Origin: Acidobacteriota bacterium | Lineage (GTDB): Bacteria > Acidobacteriota > Terriglobia > Bryobacterales > Bryobacteraceae | DNA length: 64,000 nucleotides | Assembly: GCA_025350695.1 (NCBI GenBank) | Contig: JANXXI010000368.1 | Location: 73-64,072, forward strand | Direction: 5' to 3' | In this document: one piece after another, positions 37,947 through 48,662 of the stretch | Layout of the letters: every line of letters begins with the position of its first letter | Position numbering within the stretch: the first letter of the stretch is position 1 | Translations under genes and position numbers: made by a program | The notes under the pieces: generated by a model | Seen by the model: only the letters and a program-made list of their open reading frames with translations | Databases searched by the model: none | Told to the model about the DNA's origin: nothing

Positions 37947-39116
37947 ATGCAGTTTGCAGATAAGGATAAAAAGTCAATGAATTTAAAACGACGTATTTGG
38001 ACTTCGCTGGTCGGAATAGCGATGCTGATTGGATTGCTCGCCTCCACAAGTTGGACACAATTGGGAAATGTTCAAGCCGATTGGTTTCCGGCAGTCCTGA
38101 TTGCGACAAGCATTGGAAGTTTAACCCTAGTTGCATTCGTTGCGTGGACTCTCGGCAAATTGGGAACCCATTTAACGGATCTTACTATGGAGATGGCATC
38201 GGGCGCGTCTGACGTGGCGAGGGCTGCCGAGCAAGTTTCTCGCGCAAGTCAAACCCTTGCACAAGGATCGAGCGAACAGGCGGCGTCAATTGAGCAAACC
38301 TCGGCGTCGAGCGAACAGATTACTTCGATGACGAGACGAAACGCTGTAAGCGCCCATACGGCTGCCGAGCATATGGTTCAAGTAGACATGAGTGTTTCTT
38401 CCGCTAATCGAGCAATCGAAGAAATGGTTCATTCCATGGAGGAAATAACCTCCTCTAGCGGCAAAATTGCCAGAATTATCAAGGTTATCGACGAAATTGC
38501 CTTCCAGACCAACATCCTTGCTCTCAACGCCGCAGTTGAAGCCGCAAGGGCGGGGGAGGCAGGTAAGGGTTTCGCGGTGGTAGCCGACGAGGTCCGAAAT
38601 CTGGCGCAACGTAGTGCTCAGGCAGCCAAAGATACGGCGGCGCTCATTGAAGAGTCGATTCAGAAATCTAGCGAAGGCGGCGTGAGACTGGAGGAGGTCA
38701 CCGTGGCCATTCGTTCCATTACCTCATCGACGGCGAAAGCGAAGCAACTCATCGACGATGTGAACACTGGCAGCAAAAATGAAGCGAAAGGTATCGAACA
38801 AATCGGTGTGGCAATTTCACAAATGGAAACGGTTACTCAACGCAATGCGGCCAGTGCCGAAGAAGGGGCCTCAGCTAGCCAGGAATTGAGTGCTCAAGCC
38901 GAATCGATGACTAACTCTATAGAGAATTTGCGCACACTTCTTTCGGGATTGAGTGACCAGAACGTTAGGCAAGTAAAGCATTCTCCTTCACTTGTATCAG
39001 CGAAGTCATTGGCTCCTCCATCTCATCTGCAAAAACGCAAGGTGCAAGGATTTGCCTCGAAAGCAACCTTGGCAGATCCATTTCCGATGAGCGACGATGA
39101 TTTTGCTGAGTTCTAA
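37947..39116 (+). CDS. Methyl-accepting chemotaxis protein with two TM segments and no periplasmic or HAMP sensor module
   Basis: Highly conserved signalling tip [44 protein letters not shown]. The two TM helices are separated by about 10 residues. The C-terminus ends ...DDDFAEF. Confidence 0.9.
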   Translation: MQFADKDKKSMNLKRRIWTSLVGIAMLIGLLASTSWTQLGNVQADWFPAVLIATSIGSLTLVAFVAWTLGKLGTHLTDLTMEMASGASDVARAAEQVSRASQTLAQGSSEQAASIEQTSASSEQITSMTRRNAVSAHTAAEHMVQVDMSVSSANRAIEEMVHSMEEITSSSGKIARIIKVIDEIAFQTNILALNAAVEAARAGEAGKGFAVVADEVRNLAQRSAQAAKDTAALIEESIQKSSEGGVRLEEVTVAIRSITSSTAKAKQLIDDVNTGSKNEAKGIEQIGVAISQMETVTQRNAASAEEGASASQELSAQAESMTNSIENLRTLLSGLSDQNVRQVKHSPSLVSAKSLAPPSHLQKRKVQGFASKATLADPFPMSDDDFAEF

Positions 39117-39142
39117 GAAGTACAGAGAACGGGGTAATTAGT

Positions 39143-41239
39143 ATGGAACCACAAAACAAAACGGATTTGGCAACACTCCGCGGAACCCTCGAAACGCTTG
39201 GCGAGTCCATTGTGCTTGGAACCGTTGAATTGGGGCAACTCGACGATGTTCGAAAGATCCTCGGACTCTTGCGCTCCTCAGGTATTGGCGACAATTCGGT
39301 TTGGCTTGCCGCCGAGAAATTTGAAGTATGCGCCGCTGGTGAATTTCAAATCGATGGCGGTAGCGAGTTGACACGAAGCCTTATGGAGTTTCAAGATGCC
39401 CTAAATTCTCTGAGCACCCGCATCTCTGCCAGCGACAATGAAGCAGCGTCCCGCGCCGCCGCGTTTGCCAGCCTTGCTCAAGACCCTGAACTGTTGCAGG
39501 ATTTCGTCAGCGAAGCCCGTGAACATCTCGCCACGATCGAAAGCGGCCTGCTAAAGATCGAAGAAACCCCCAACGATTCTCAGCCTATTCACTCAGTCTT
39601 TCGAAGTTTTCACACCATTAAGGGCCTTGCTGGCTTCCTTGAATTGGGCCCGATTCAGGAATTGTCCCACGAAGTGGAAACGGTCTTGGATATGGCGCGC
39701 AATTCAGAAATTCAAATGGGGTCGGAGGTGATCGACGTCGTCCTGGCCAGTGCGGATTACCTTTCACATTCGGTGAGCGCCGTGGAGCAAGGACTCAGAG
39801 GTAATCCGGTTGTTTTTCGATCCAATGAATCCTTGCTGCAACGCGTCCGAACTCTCATCAATATTGAGACAAAAAGTGTGGAAAAGTCAGGTTCGGACCT
39901 GTCAACGGTCGAGGGAGCAGGCATCAATTATTCTGAGATCGCCGCGGCTTCCACCGATCAATCGACCTCCATGGCAACAGTTCCACACCCTCCCACTTCC
40001 GGAATTGCTCCCGATGCCGGCGAGACTCGCGATGCCCCGGTTGTTGCCTCCTCAAATGGCGATTCGGCCAATCTAGTGATCCGGGTTGAAACCGCAAAGC
40101 TCGACCATCTGCTCGACATGGTAGGAGAACTGGTTATTGCCCAATCCATGGTCCGTCATGATCCGACTCTGGGAAATGTGGAAAATGTTCGCTTACAGGC
40201 TCACTTGGCCCACCTGAATCGAATCACTGAAGAAGTGCAAAAGACCACGATGACCCTTCGAATGGTCCCCATTGGAAATCTTTTTCAGCGAATGAAACGA
40301 TTGGTAAGGGATGTTGCGCGCAAAGCTGGGAAACAGGCTGAGCTGGAAATTGTAGGTGAGGAGACTGAACTGGACAAAACCGTTGTGGACGGATTGGCGG
40401 ATCCCTTGATGCATATGGTTCGCAATGCCCTTGACCATGGTATCGAACCAATGACGGAACGCCATGCAGCCGGCAAGCCAGCAGTCGGCAAGGTTTGCCT
40501 TAAAGCTTACCATCAAGGCGGCCACATGTTGATCGAAATTGCAGACGACGGAAGGGGGTTGGACAAAGAAAAAATTCTCGCAAAAGCCCGCCAGAAAGGA
40601 ATCATCACTCCCGGCGCTCATTTACCCGACAGCGAAATCTTCCAATTAATATTTGAGCCAGGCTTCTCCACCGCGGAGAAGGTTACGGATATCTCCGGAC
40701 GAGGAGTTGGGATGGATGTCGTTAAGCGAAACATTGAAAAAATGCGGGGACGAGTCGACATTCAAAGCGCTCGAGGCGTCGGTTCAAGATTTCTAATCAG
40801 GCTTCCACTTACACTTGCCATCATTGACGGCTTAATAGTAGGTGTTGGCACTCAAAGATATGTCATTCCTATCTTTGCGGTCACCGAAATGTTCAGACCC
40901 ACCCCTTCGATGCTTTCCACAATAAAAAACAAATACGAAATGGTTACGGTAAGAGGAAGACTTTTGCCAATCGTGCGTTTGTATAAAAAGTTCGGGGTAA
41001 CTCCGAAAAGTCAAGATCCCTGCAATTCGTTATTTATCGTTTCTGAATGTGATGGGGTCAGATTTTGCTTGATGGTGGACGAGTTTATCGGCAAACAGGA
41101 AGTTGTAATCAAGAACCTCGGACAGTGTTTTAAAGACATTCCAGGTGTCGCTGGGGGAGCAATCCTTGGCGACGGGCGTGTTGGCTTGATTGTGGAAATG
41201 GCAGGTGTTTTGGGCGGCGCAAGCGAGGTTGCCGCCTAA
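39143..41239 (+). CDS. cheA: Chemotaxis histidine kinase CheA
   Basis: Hpt motif SVFRSFHTIKGLAGF (His157). Also has the dimerisation region IRVETAKLDHLLDMVGELVI, the HATPase (DDGRGLD, GRGVGMDVV) and a C-terminal CheW-like P5 domain. Confidence 0.95.
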   Translation: MEPQNKTDLATLRGTLETLGESIVLGTVELGQLDDVRKILGLLRSSGIGDNSVWLAAEKFEVCAAGEFQIDGGSELTRSLMEFQDALNSLSTRISASDNEAASRAAAFASLAQDPELLQDFVSEAREHLATIESGLLKIEETPNDSQPIHSVFRSFHTIKGLAGFLELGPIQELSHEVETVLDMARNSEIQMGSEVIDVVLASADYLSHSVSAVEQGLRGNPVVFRSNESLLQRVRTLINIETKSVEKSGSDLSTVEGAGINYSEIAAASTDQSTSMATVPHPPTSGIAPDAGETRDAPVVASSNGDSANLVIRVETAKLDHLLDMVGELVIAQSMVRHDPTLGNVENVRLQAHLAHLNRITEEVQKTTMTLRMVPIGNLFQRMKRLVRDVARKAGKQAELEIVGEETELDKTVVDGLADPLMHMVRNALDHGIEPMTERHAAGKPAVGKVCLKAYHQGGHMLIEIADDGRGLDKEKILAKARQKGIITPGAHLPDSEIFQLIFEPGFSTAEKVTDISGRGVGMDVVKRNIEKMRGRVDIQSARGVGSRFLIRLPLTLAIIDGLIVGVGTQRYVIPIFAVTEMFRPTPSMLSTIKNKYEMVTVRGRLLPIVRLYKKFGVTPKSQDPCNSLFIVSECDGVRFCLMVDEFIGKQEVVIKNLGQCFKDIPGVAGGAILGDGRVGLIVEMAGVLGGASEVAA

Positions 41240-42109
41240 ATGCAAACACTGGCAACCATACGCAATGGGTTTTCGGAGTCCGAAACGATGATCCCCGAAC
41301 AGGTATATCGAGAGATAGCATCGTTGGCCTATGAAAAGTTCGGGCTAGATCTGCGGCGAGGAAAAAGAGAGCTTGTCAGCGCGAGGCTGTCACGAAAGGT
41401 CAAAGAATCTAGAAGCGCATCCTATCAAGAGTATTTTGACCTAGTCAAGGCTGATGCAACAGGTCAATCTTTCCTGTACATGATCGACGCACTGACGACC
41501 AACCACACTTCTTTTTTGCGTGAAAAGACCCACTTTGACTTCCTCTCAAAACATGCCCCGGCCATATTTGCCGATCGGGATCGCATTTGCGTTTGGAGCG
41601 CCGCTTCCGCTACAGGGGAGGAAGTCTACACGATTCTAATGATTTTGATCGAGGCGCTACATCTACCGTTTCCAAACCCTCAAACCTTGAGCCGGTTAAA
41701 GGTCAGGGGGACCGATATTTCCATAAAGGCTCTTAATGAAGCGAAAGCGGCCATTTACCCGCAAGATAAACTGGCGCCATTACCCGAGGATTGGAAGACG
41801 AAGTATTTTCTCAAAGGGAGGGGGAAAGCTGAAGGCATGGCTCAGGTCAAACCCCAGCTCAAACAAATGGCTGAATTTGAGTCTTTCAATTTGATCAAGC
41901 CCAGTTCGCCCACGATGAAGTATCCGATCATTTTCTGTAGGAATGTAATGATTTACTTCGACAAGTCGACTCAGGAGCGAGTTACGGCAACACTCGTCGA
42001 CAACCTGGAGGCCGGAGGGTTCCTGATGATTGGTCACGCTGAAAATATTTCTGGAATGGACGATTCCCTGACAAGAATTGCCCCAGCCCTTTACCAGAAA
42101 AAGAGATAA
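41240..42109 (+). CDS. cheR: Chemotaxis protein methyltransferase CheR
   Basis: N-terminal CheR helical domain plus the SAM-binding core (RICVWSAASATGEEVYT, IFCRNVMIYFD). Confidence 0.9.
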   Translation: MQTLATIRNGFSESETMIPEQVYREIASLAYEKFGLDLRRGKRELVSARLSRKVKESRSASYQEYFDLVKADATGQSFLYMIDALTTNHTSFLREKTHFDFLSKHAPAIFADRDRICVWSAASATGEEVYTILMILIEALHLPFPNPQTLSRLKVRGTDISIKALNEAKAAIYPQDKLAPLPEDWKTKYFLKGRGKAEGMAQVKPQLKQMAEFESFNLIKPSSPTMKYPIIFCRNVMIYFDKSTQERVTATLVDNLEAGGFLMIGHAENISGMDDSLTRIAPALYQKKR

Positions 42110-42157
42110 TTTCATGCGAAGAAAGCACCCATCCTCCAAATCTAAGGGGCTGCCCTA

Positions 42158-42655
42158 ATGCAAAACTTGATTGTTGGCATCTCCGATTGTCAGTGGAGCA
42201 CAGCGGAAGGCACTAACCTTATCACGTATGCGTTAGGTTCCTGCATAGCTGTGTGTCTATACGATCCTCGCGCCAGGGTTGGCGGAATGCTTCACTTCAT
42301 GTTGCCCGAATCGGATCTCAATCCAGAGAAGGCTCTGCAAAACCCTTTCACATTTGCTGATTCGGGAATTCCGATCCTGTTTCGAAAGGCATATGAACTT
42401 GGCGCGTCAAAAAATAGGTTGGTTGTCCACGCCATTGGTGGGGCCCAAGTTCTGATGGATCAGGAAATGTTCAACATTGGCAAAAGAAATCAGCTGGCTC
42501 TTCGTGAGCTCCTGTGGAGGGCAGGGATTTTGTTGCAAGGGGAAGCCGTCGGCGGTAAGATCTCACGAACCGTGAGACTTGAAATCTCCTCTGGACGGCT
42601 GTTTGTGAAAGAGTCTGGTGGTCAGGAGCTTGAACTGACTGGAAAGGAAAAATAG
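42158..42655 (+). CDS. cheD: Chemoreceptor glutamine deamidase CheD
   Basis: Catalytic Cys context LGSCIAVCLYDP, then GGMLHFMLP and GGAQV. Length is 165 aa. Confidence 0.9.
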   Translation: MQNLIVGISDCQWSTAEGTNLITYALGSCIAVCLYDPRARVGGMLHFMLPESDLNPEKALQNPFTFADSGIPILFRKAYELGASKNRLVVHAIGGAQVLMDQEMFNIGKRNQLALRELLWRAGILLQGEAVGGKISRTVRLEISSGRLFVKESGGQELELTGKEK

Positions 42656-42715
42656 ACTTGTCGAAATGGACGAGCATCCATCAGCCAAGTTGTCCATGTT
42701 CAATGAGGAAAATAC

Positions 42716-43102
42716 ATGTCGTTCACCGTCTTGATCGTAGATGATTCTCCAGCGATGCGGAGTTTCATTCGTAGAGTAGTGGATATGTCGGGCTTTGACG
42801 TCGGCAAATGCCTGGAGGCGGGCGATGGCGAAGACGCCCTATCCCAATTGGAGTCGAGTTGGGTGGATGTGGTGCTCACCGACATCAATATGCCGCGAAT
42901 GAACGGCGAGGAATTGCTTCGCCGGATGCACTGCGACGATTTAATGAGAGGGATTCCCGTGGTGGTTGTTTCAACAGATTCCACAGAAGCCCGGATGAAA
43001 ACCATGCTGGAATTGGGCGCCCGGGGCTACGTCACCAAACCGTTTCACCCGGAAAAGCTTCGTTCTGAGCTCGAACGCGCATTGGAGGTGGCCCATGTCT
43101 GA
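42716..43102 (+). CDS. cheY: Chemotaxis response regulator CheY (single REC domain)
   Basis: REC-domain residues are present: DD (LIVDDS), the phospho-Asp (VLTDINMP), S/T (VVVVSTD) and Lys (YVTKPF). Length is 128 aa. Confidence 0.9.
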   Translation: MSFTVLIVDDSPAMRSFIRRVVDMSGFDVGKCLEAGDGEDALSQLESSWVDVVLTDINMPRMNGEELLRRMHCDDLMRGIPVVVVSTDSTEARMKTMLELGARGYVTKPFHPEKLRSELERALEVAHV

Positions 43103-43568
43103 GCAACAATCAAAGGAATGGAACAGAATCGTTTGCGATTCGGCCGAAGAAGTTCTCGGAACCATGTTCTTCTGTTCCGTAGTTGGCGAATCAAAAGTTG
43201 GCGCATCGAATCCCAATCCCTGTTCAGAAGCAATCTCGGCGCGCGTACGATTCGAGGGCGACCCATCCGGTACCCTCACTATCGGCATATCGCTTGATGC
43301 CGCTCGAGTGATCACATCGAATTTCTTAGGTACGGAATTAAATGAACCGTTGCCGCGTGAAGTAGAACAAGTTACGTGCGAGCTTGCAAACATGATGTGC
43401 GGTAATGTACTGGCTCGAAACACTTCACTGAAAACCTTTTGCCTGAGTCCGCCGGAGATTGTTGAACTCACCCCTCCACTCTCCCATTCCATTGCCGTTA
43501 CTCTCGAAATCGAGGACGGGTGGTTCACAACATACTTGACTTTTGACGGCGCCGTCAACGGCCAATAG
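43095..43568 (+). CDS. cheX: CheX-like CheY-P phosphatase (CheC/CheX/FliY family)
   Basis: Contains the family E-x2-N motif in a helix (VTCELANMMCGNVLAR). It is 157 aa and overlaps the cheY stop by 8 nt. Confidence 0.7.
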   Translation: MSEQQSKEWNRIVCDSAEEVLGTMFFCSVVGESKVGASNPNPCSEAISARVRFEGDPSGTLTIGISLDAARVITSNFLGTELNEPLPREVEQVTCELANMMCGNVLARNTSLKTFCLSPPEIVELTPPLSHSIAVTLEIEDGWFTTYLTFDGAVNGQ

Positions 43569-43594
43569 ATTAAAACTTTATATTTGGAGCGGAT

Positions 43595-44656
43595 GTGGCG
43601 CAATTGATTTCCAGCACTGCGGTGGTTAAACAAAATCGGATCCGGGTTTTAGTGGTGGATGACTCCGCGATCGTCAGAAAGGTGCTTTCCAGCGTAATTC
43701 AAGACTGCGTGGACCTTGAACTCGCGGGATCCGCATCGGACCCCTTTGTCGCACGCGACATGATTCTGCAATTGAAGCCAGACGTGATTACTTTGGATAT
43801 CGAAATGCCCAAGATGGATGGTTTGACGTTTCTGAAAAAAATCATGAAATACAATCCGATCCCGGTGATCATCATCAGTTCGGTCGGTCACTCATCAGCT
43901 TCATATGCGCTCGAAGCTCTACGCCATGGGGCGGTCGAAGTAATGGCTAAACCGAGCGGTCCAAACTCGATTGGTCACCTCCGCCATGAACTACCCGGAA
44001 GAATACGCGCGGCTGCCCAATCAAAGAGACTTCCAATCCTCCCGAATTTGTTGGCGCAAGAGTTGTCAAGAACCCAGGATGGGGTGTTGTTGATTGCCCT
44101 TGGAGCTTCTACGGGAGGGACAGAGGCGATTGAGCGAATTCTTGTGGACATGCCTGCGGACTGCCCGCCAATCGTCGCCGTGCAACACATTCCACGGCTC
44201 TTTTCAACAGCATTTGCGAGCCGATTGAATCGTTTTTGCCGGATCGAAGTAAGAGAGGCCCAAGATGGAGACCAGCTAGCTCCGGGTCAAGCCCTCTTGG
44301 CCCCCGCAGACATTCACATGTTAGTTCGCCGTCTCAATGGCCGCCTCGCCATCCAATTAAAAGACGGGCCTCTAGTCAGTTACCAAAAGCCTTCGGTGGA
44401 TATTCTTTTCAAATCCGTTGCTGAGTCTGTAGGACCAAATTGCGCGGCCGCTTTACTTACTGGCATGGGGTCAGATGGCGCACAGGGTCTGTTGACGCTT
44501 CGTGCAGTTGGCGCCCGCACCATCGCGCAAAATGAAGCGACCTGCGTAGTCTACGGCATGCCGCGCGAGGCGGTTAGACTAGGAGCTGTGGAGCGCGTAC
44601 TCCCGCTGACTTCTATTGGCTCCGCCCTGTTGCAGCCTCGCGGATCATCAAATTGA
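43595..44656 (+). CDS. cheB: Protein-glutamate methylesterase/glutaminase CheB (REC + esterase)
   Basis: REC domain (VLVVDDS, ITLDIEMPKMDG). The esterase triad contexts are GASTGG, VQHIP and GMGSDG. Confidence 0.95.
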   Translation: MAQLISSTAVVKQNRIRVLVVDDSAIVRKVLSSVIQDCVDLELAGSASDPFVARDMILQLKPDVITLDIEMPKMDGLTFLKKIMKYNPIPVIIISSVGHSSASYALEALRHGAVEVMAKPSGPNSIGHLRHELPGRIRAAAQSKRLPILPNLLAQELSRTQDGVLLIALGASTGGTEAIERILVDMPADCPPIVAVQHIPRLFSTAFASRLNRFCRIEVREAQDGDQLAPGQALLAPADIHMLVRRLNGRLAIQLKDGPLVSYQKPSVDILFKSVAESVGPNCAAALLTGMGSDGAQGLLTLRAVGARTIAQNEATCVVYGMPREAVRLGAVERVLPLTSIGSALLQPRGSSN

Positions 44657-44688
44657 AATCTTAAGTTACTAAAATCAGGATATCCTTA

Positions 44689-46101
44689 ATGCCTACTGTT
44701 AATTACGACTACGATCTGCTTGTCATCGGTTCCGGGCCGGCGGGTCAAAGAGCCGCCATTCAGGCCTCAAAATTGGACAAGCGAGTCGCCCTGGTGGAGA
44801 AGAAAACTGTTTTGGGAGGTATGTGCATCAACACTGGAACCATCCCCTCGAAAACGCTGAGAGAAGCAGTGCTCGAACTGACCGGCTACCGTTCTCGCGA
44901 GTTTTACGGCTCTTCTTACACCGTCAAGCAGAACATCACGATGGAAGATTTGATGTTCCGAACGGACAAAGTTATTCGACACGAGATTGATGTCGTTCGC
45001 AACCAATTATTACGGAATCGAATTGAGCTAATGGCTGGAGCCGCCAGTTTCATCGATCGCAATACAATTCGCGTCGACTCGCCTGACGGACATAGTCATC
45101 AGCTCGTATCGGCTGAAAAAATCATTATTGCCGCCGGCACATCCGCTACTCGCGACGAGCACATCCCTTTCGATGGTAAATCCATTTTCATCAGCGACGA
45201 CATTCTTTATCTAGACAAGCTACCTAGAACTATGGCCGTAATCGGGGCCGGCGTTATCGGCTCCGAATATGCAACCATGTTCGCCGCCCTTGGCGTTCGA
45301 ATTACTCTCGTCGACAAACGTCCCAGGCTGCTCAATTTCATCGATGAGGAAATCGCCGACGCCATTACCTATCAAATGAGAGAGAGTCGGGTTCAAATGC
45401 GTTTAGGTGAGGAGGTGAGCGGAATCGAAAAGTTTTCCGACGAACACGGAGAGCGCGTAAGAATTCATCTCGAATCCGGTAAACAAATCGTTACCGATAA
45501 AGCTCTCTACTCTATCGGCCGCACGGGGAGCACTTCAACACTTAACCTTGGTTGCACCAACATCGTCCCCGATGATCGCGGCCGCATCAAGGTGGATCCG
45601 TTTTACCAGACAACGGAACCACACATCTACGCGGTCGGGGATATTATTGGATTTCCTAGCCTTGCATCTACTTCGATGGAACAGGGGCGGCTGGCGGCTT
45701 GCCATGCATTCGGCGTGCAAGCCACTAGCGTTCCCTCGCTGTTCCCTTATGGGATCTATACAATTCCGGAAATTTCGATGGTCGGCAAGACCGAAGAGGA
45801 ACTCACTAAGGACAACGTGCCTTACGAAGTAGGTAAGGCGCGCTATCGCGAGATTGCTCGAGGCCAAATTATTGGCGATTCCACCGGACTACTTAAGCTC
45901 ATCTTTCATCAAGAAACGCGGGACCTGTTAGGCGTCCACATCATAGGCGAAGGCGCAAGCGAACTAATCCACATTGGCCAAGCAGTGCTCGCATTTAAGG
46001 GGAAAATTGACTATTTCATCAACACTGTCTTCAATTATCCAACCCTAGCCGAGTGCTACAAGACTGCCGCATTCGACGGAATCAATCGTTTGGGATATTG
46101 A
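44689..46101 (+). CDS. sthA: Soluble pyridine nucleotide transhydrogenase (Si-specific NAD(P)+ transhydrogenase)
   Basis: Flavoprotein disulfide reductase fold (VIGSGPAGQRAA). It has a single Cys in GGMCINTGTIPSK instead of CxxxxC, as in SthA. Length is 470 aa. Confidence 0.8.
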   Translation: MPTVNYDYDLLVIGSGPAGQRAAIQASKLDKRVALVEKKTVLGGMCINTGTIPSKTLREAVLELTGYRSREFYGSSYTVKQNITMEDLMFRTDKVIRHEIDVVRNQLLRNRIELMAGAASFIDRNTIRVDSPDGHSHQLVSAEKIIIAAGTSATRDEHIPFDGKSIFISDDILYLDKLPRTMAVIGAGVIGSEYATMFAALGVRITLVDKRPRLLNFIDEEIADAITYQMRESRVQMRLGEEVSGIEKFSDEHGERVRIHLESGKQIVTDKALYSIGRTGSTSTLNLGCTNIVPDDRGRIKVDPFYQTTEPHIYAVGDIIGFPSLASTSMEQGRLAACHAFGVQATSVPSLFPYGIYTIPEISMVGKTEEELTKDNVPYEVGKARYREIARGQIIGDSTGLLKLIFHQETRDLLGVHIIGEGASELIHIGQAVLAFKGKIDYFINTVFNYPTLAECYKTAAFDGINRLGY

Positions 46102-46556
46102 ATCGCACCATCTCCGGTAAGCATCCTCCGCAAATAATCCATCTGTCCCAAATGGTAGTTCAGGTGCCCAAGTAGATGAATCAGGAAATGTACCGTAGTC
46201 ATCTCGTAGCCAAGAACCAATTCGGGATATTTTGCAGACAAAGTTGTTTCCGTCAAGCCGGCGACTATCCGATGCGTCAACTCTGCAACCTGTTCAAGGC
46301 GCGTAATCAACTCAGTGGCGCTCACGCCTTTGTCGGAAAACTCCTTCGGTCGCTGCCGTGTGAAAGCCACACACCCTATTTGCCGCCCGATGTATTCACT
46401 AAGGTTCCCGATCAAGTGCAAAGCTAAATTCCCGGCTGAGTTGCTCACCCCAGGTCGAGTCTCCCAAAGCAGTCGATCCTCTGGAAATGCTCTCACCTGT
46501 TCGATAACCTTGTTGATATCTCGCCACAAAAGCGTAGCCAATTCCTGCGCAACCAT
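46056..46556 (-). CDS. DinB-family (DinB_2) metal-dependent protein
   Basis: Four-helix DinB pattern with conserved His residues (LALHLIGNL ... FLIHLLGHLNYHLGQ). Length is 166 aa. Confidence 0.75.
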   Translation of the reverse strand: MVAQELATLLWRDINKVIEQVRAFPEDRLLWETRPGVSNSAGNLALHLIGNLSEYIGRQIGCVAFTRQRPKEFSDKGVSATELITRLEQVAELTHRIVAGLTETTLSAKYPELVLGYEMTTVHFLIHLLGHLNYHLGQMDYLRRMLTGDGAIQYPKRLIPSNAAVL

Positions 46557-46616
46557 AAAACACTCCTGCCAATGCTGTTGATCCGACTCGTTCGAGCCTT
46601 CAGCGCCTAGCGCGCT

Positions 46617-46913
46617 CTACATTGATTCCACCACAATCAGACTGATCATTGTCATCCGCGGATCATCCGTGTTCGAAACGCGAACGGATACGCACAATTC
46701 ACTGGCGGCCGTCGCCCGAAACACTCGCGTCGTAGGCGGTGCATCCGCGTAGTCCCGGCCAATCGCCCTTCGGATCTGCCGTTCCCCTGCGAACAGTTTA
46801 TTCGTCGGATCAAATCCCACCGCCCCGCATTTCACGCCGGAAGTGCTGCTGCTATATACGATCTCTCTACGAAACAGCGTTGTCCTGAAAGACGCACTCC
46901 GCCCCTGTAACAA
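46617..46913 (-). pseudogene. C-terminal remnant of a transglutaminase-like (COG1305-type) protein
   Basis: The fragment reads ...GAVGFDPTNKLFAGERQIRRAIGRDYADAPPTTRVFRATAASELCVSVRV. This matches the conserved tail that follows the catalytic Asp (FDPTN...GRDY.D..P..G.F) in this family. The frame is closed by TAG/TAA just upstream, and I could not read an intact Cys/His core in any frame. Confidence 0.4.
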
Positions 46914-47307
46914 TCCGCGGTTACAGGTCGTGCGGGAAAATTCGTTCTGTTCCTTCTACCTTCTTCCTTCTTACCGTAGACCGTGAAGTTTATGCCTTGC
47001 TTGCAAGAAGAACTGGTTCAGAGGCTTGTTTGTGTTTGCGAAGTTCGTCAGCCGGCAAACAATGTAGGCTCTCGAACAGTGCGCGACATTGCGGCCAACC
47101 GGGCTCAAGTCGTCGATTCAGGCAACGAACTCTCAACGGATGCGTGGCTTTCATTCCGCCATGGACTTTCTCGTATTCCAGTCTACCTGAATTAGCGAAT
47201 ATACCCCTGGCGATCTAACCCAACTACCCCCGCGAAATCTATCATCAAACGTTAACAGACACTCCCCGCCACATATGCAAAAATAGAGGTAGGCTAGCTG
47301 GGACTAA

Positions 47308-48660
<1,353 letters not shown>

Positions 48661-48662
48661 TT

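Noticed and set aside
42971-43633. A 220-aa minus-strand ORF spanning the cheY/cheX/cheB junctions
   Set aside because: It lies antisense to three genes with clear family motifs and tight operon spacing. It has no motif of its own, so I treat it as a shadow ORF.
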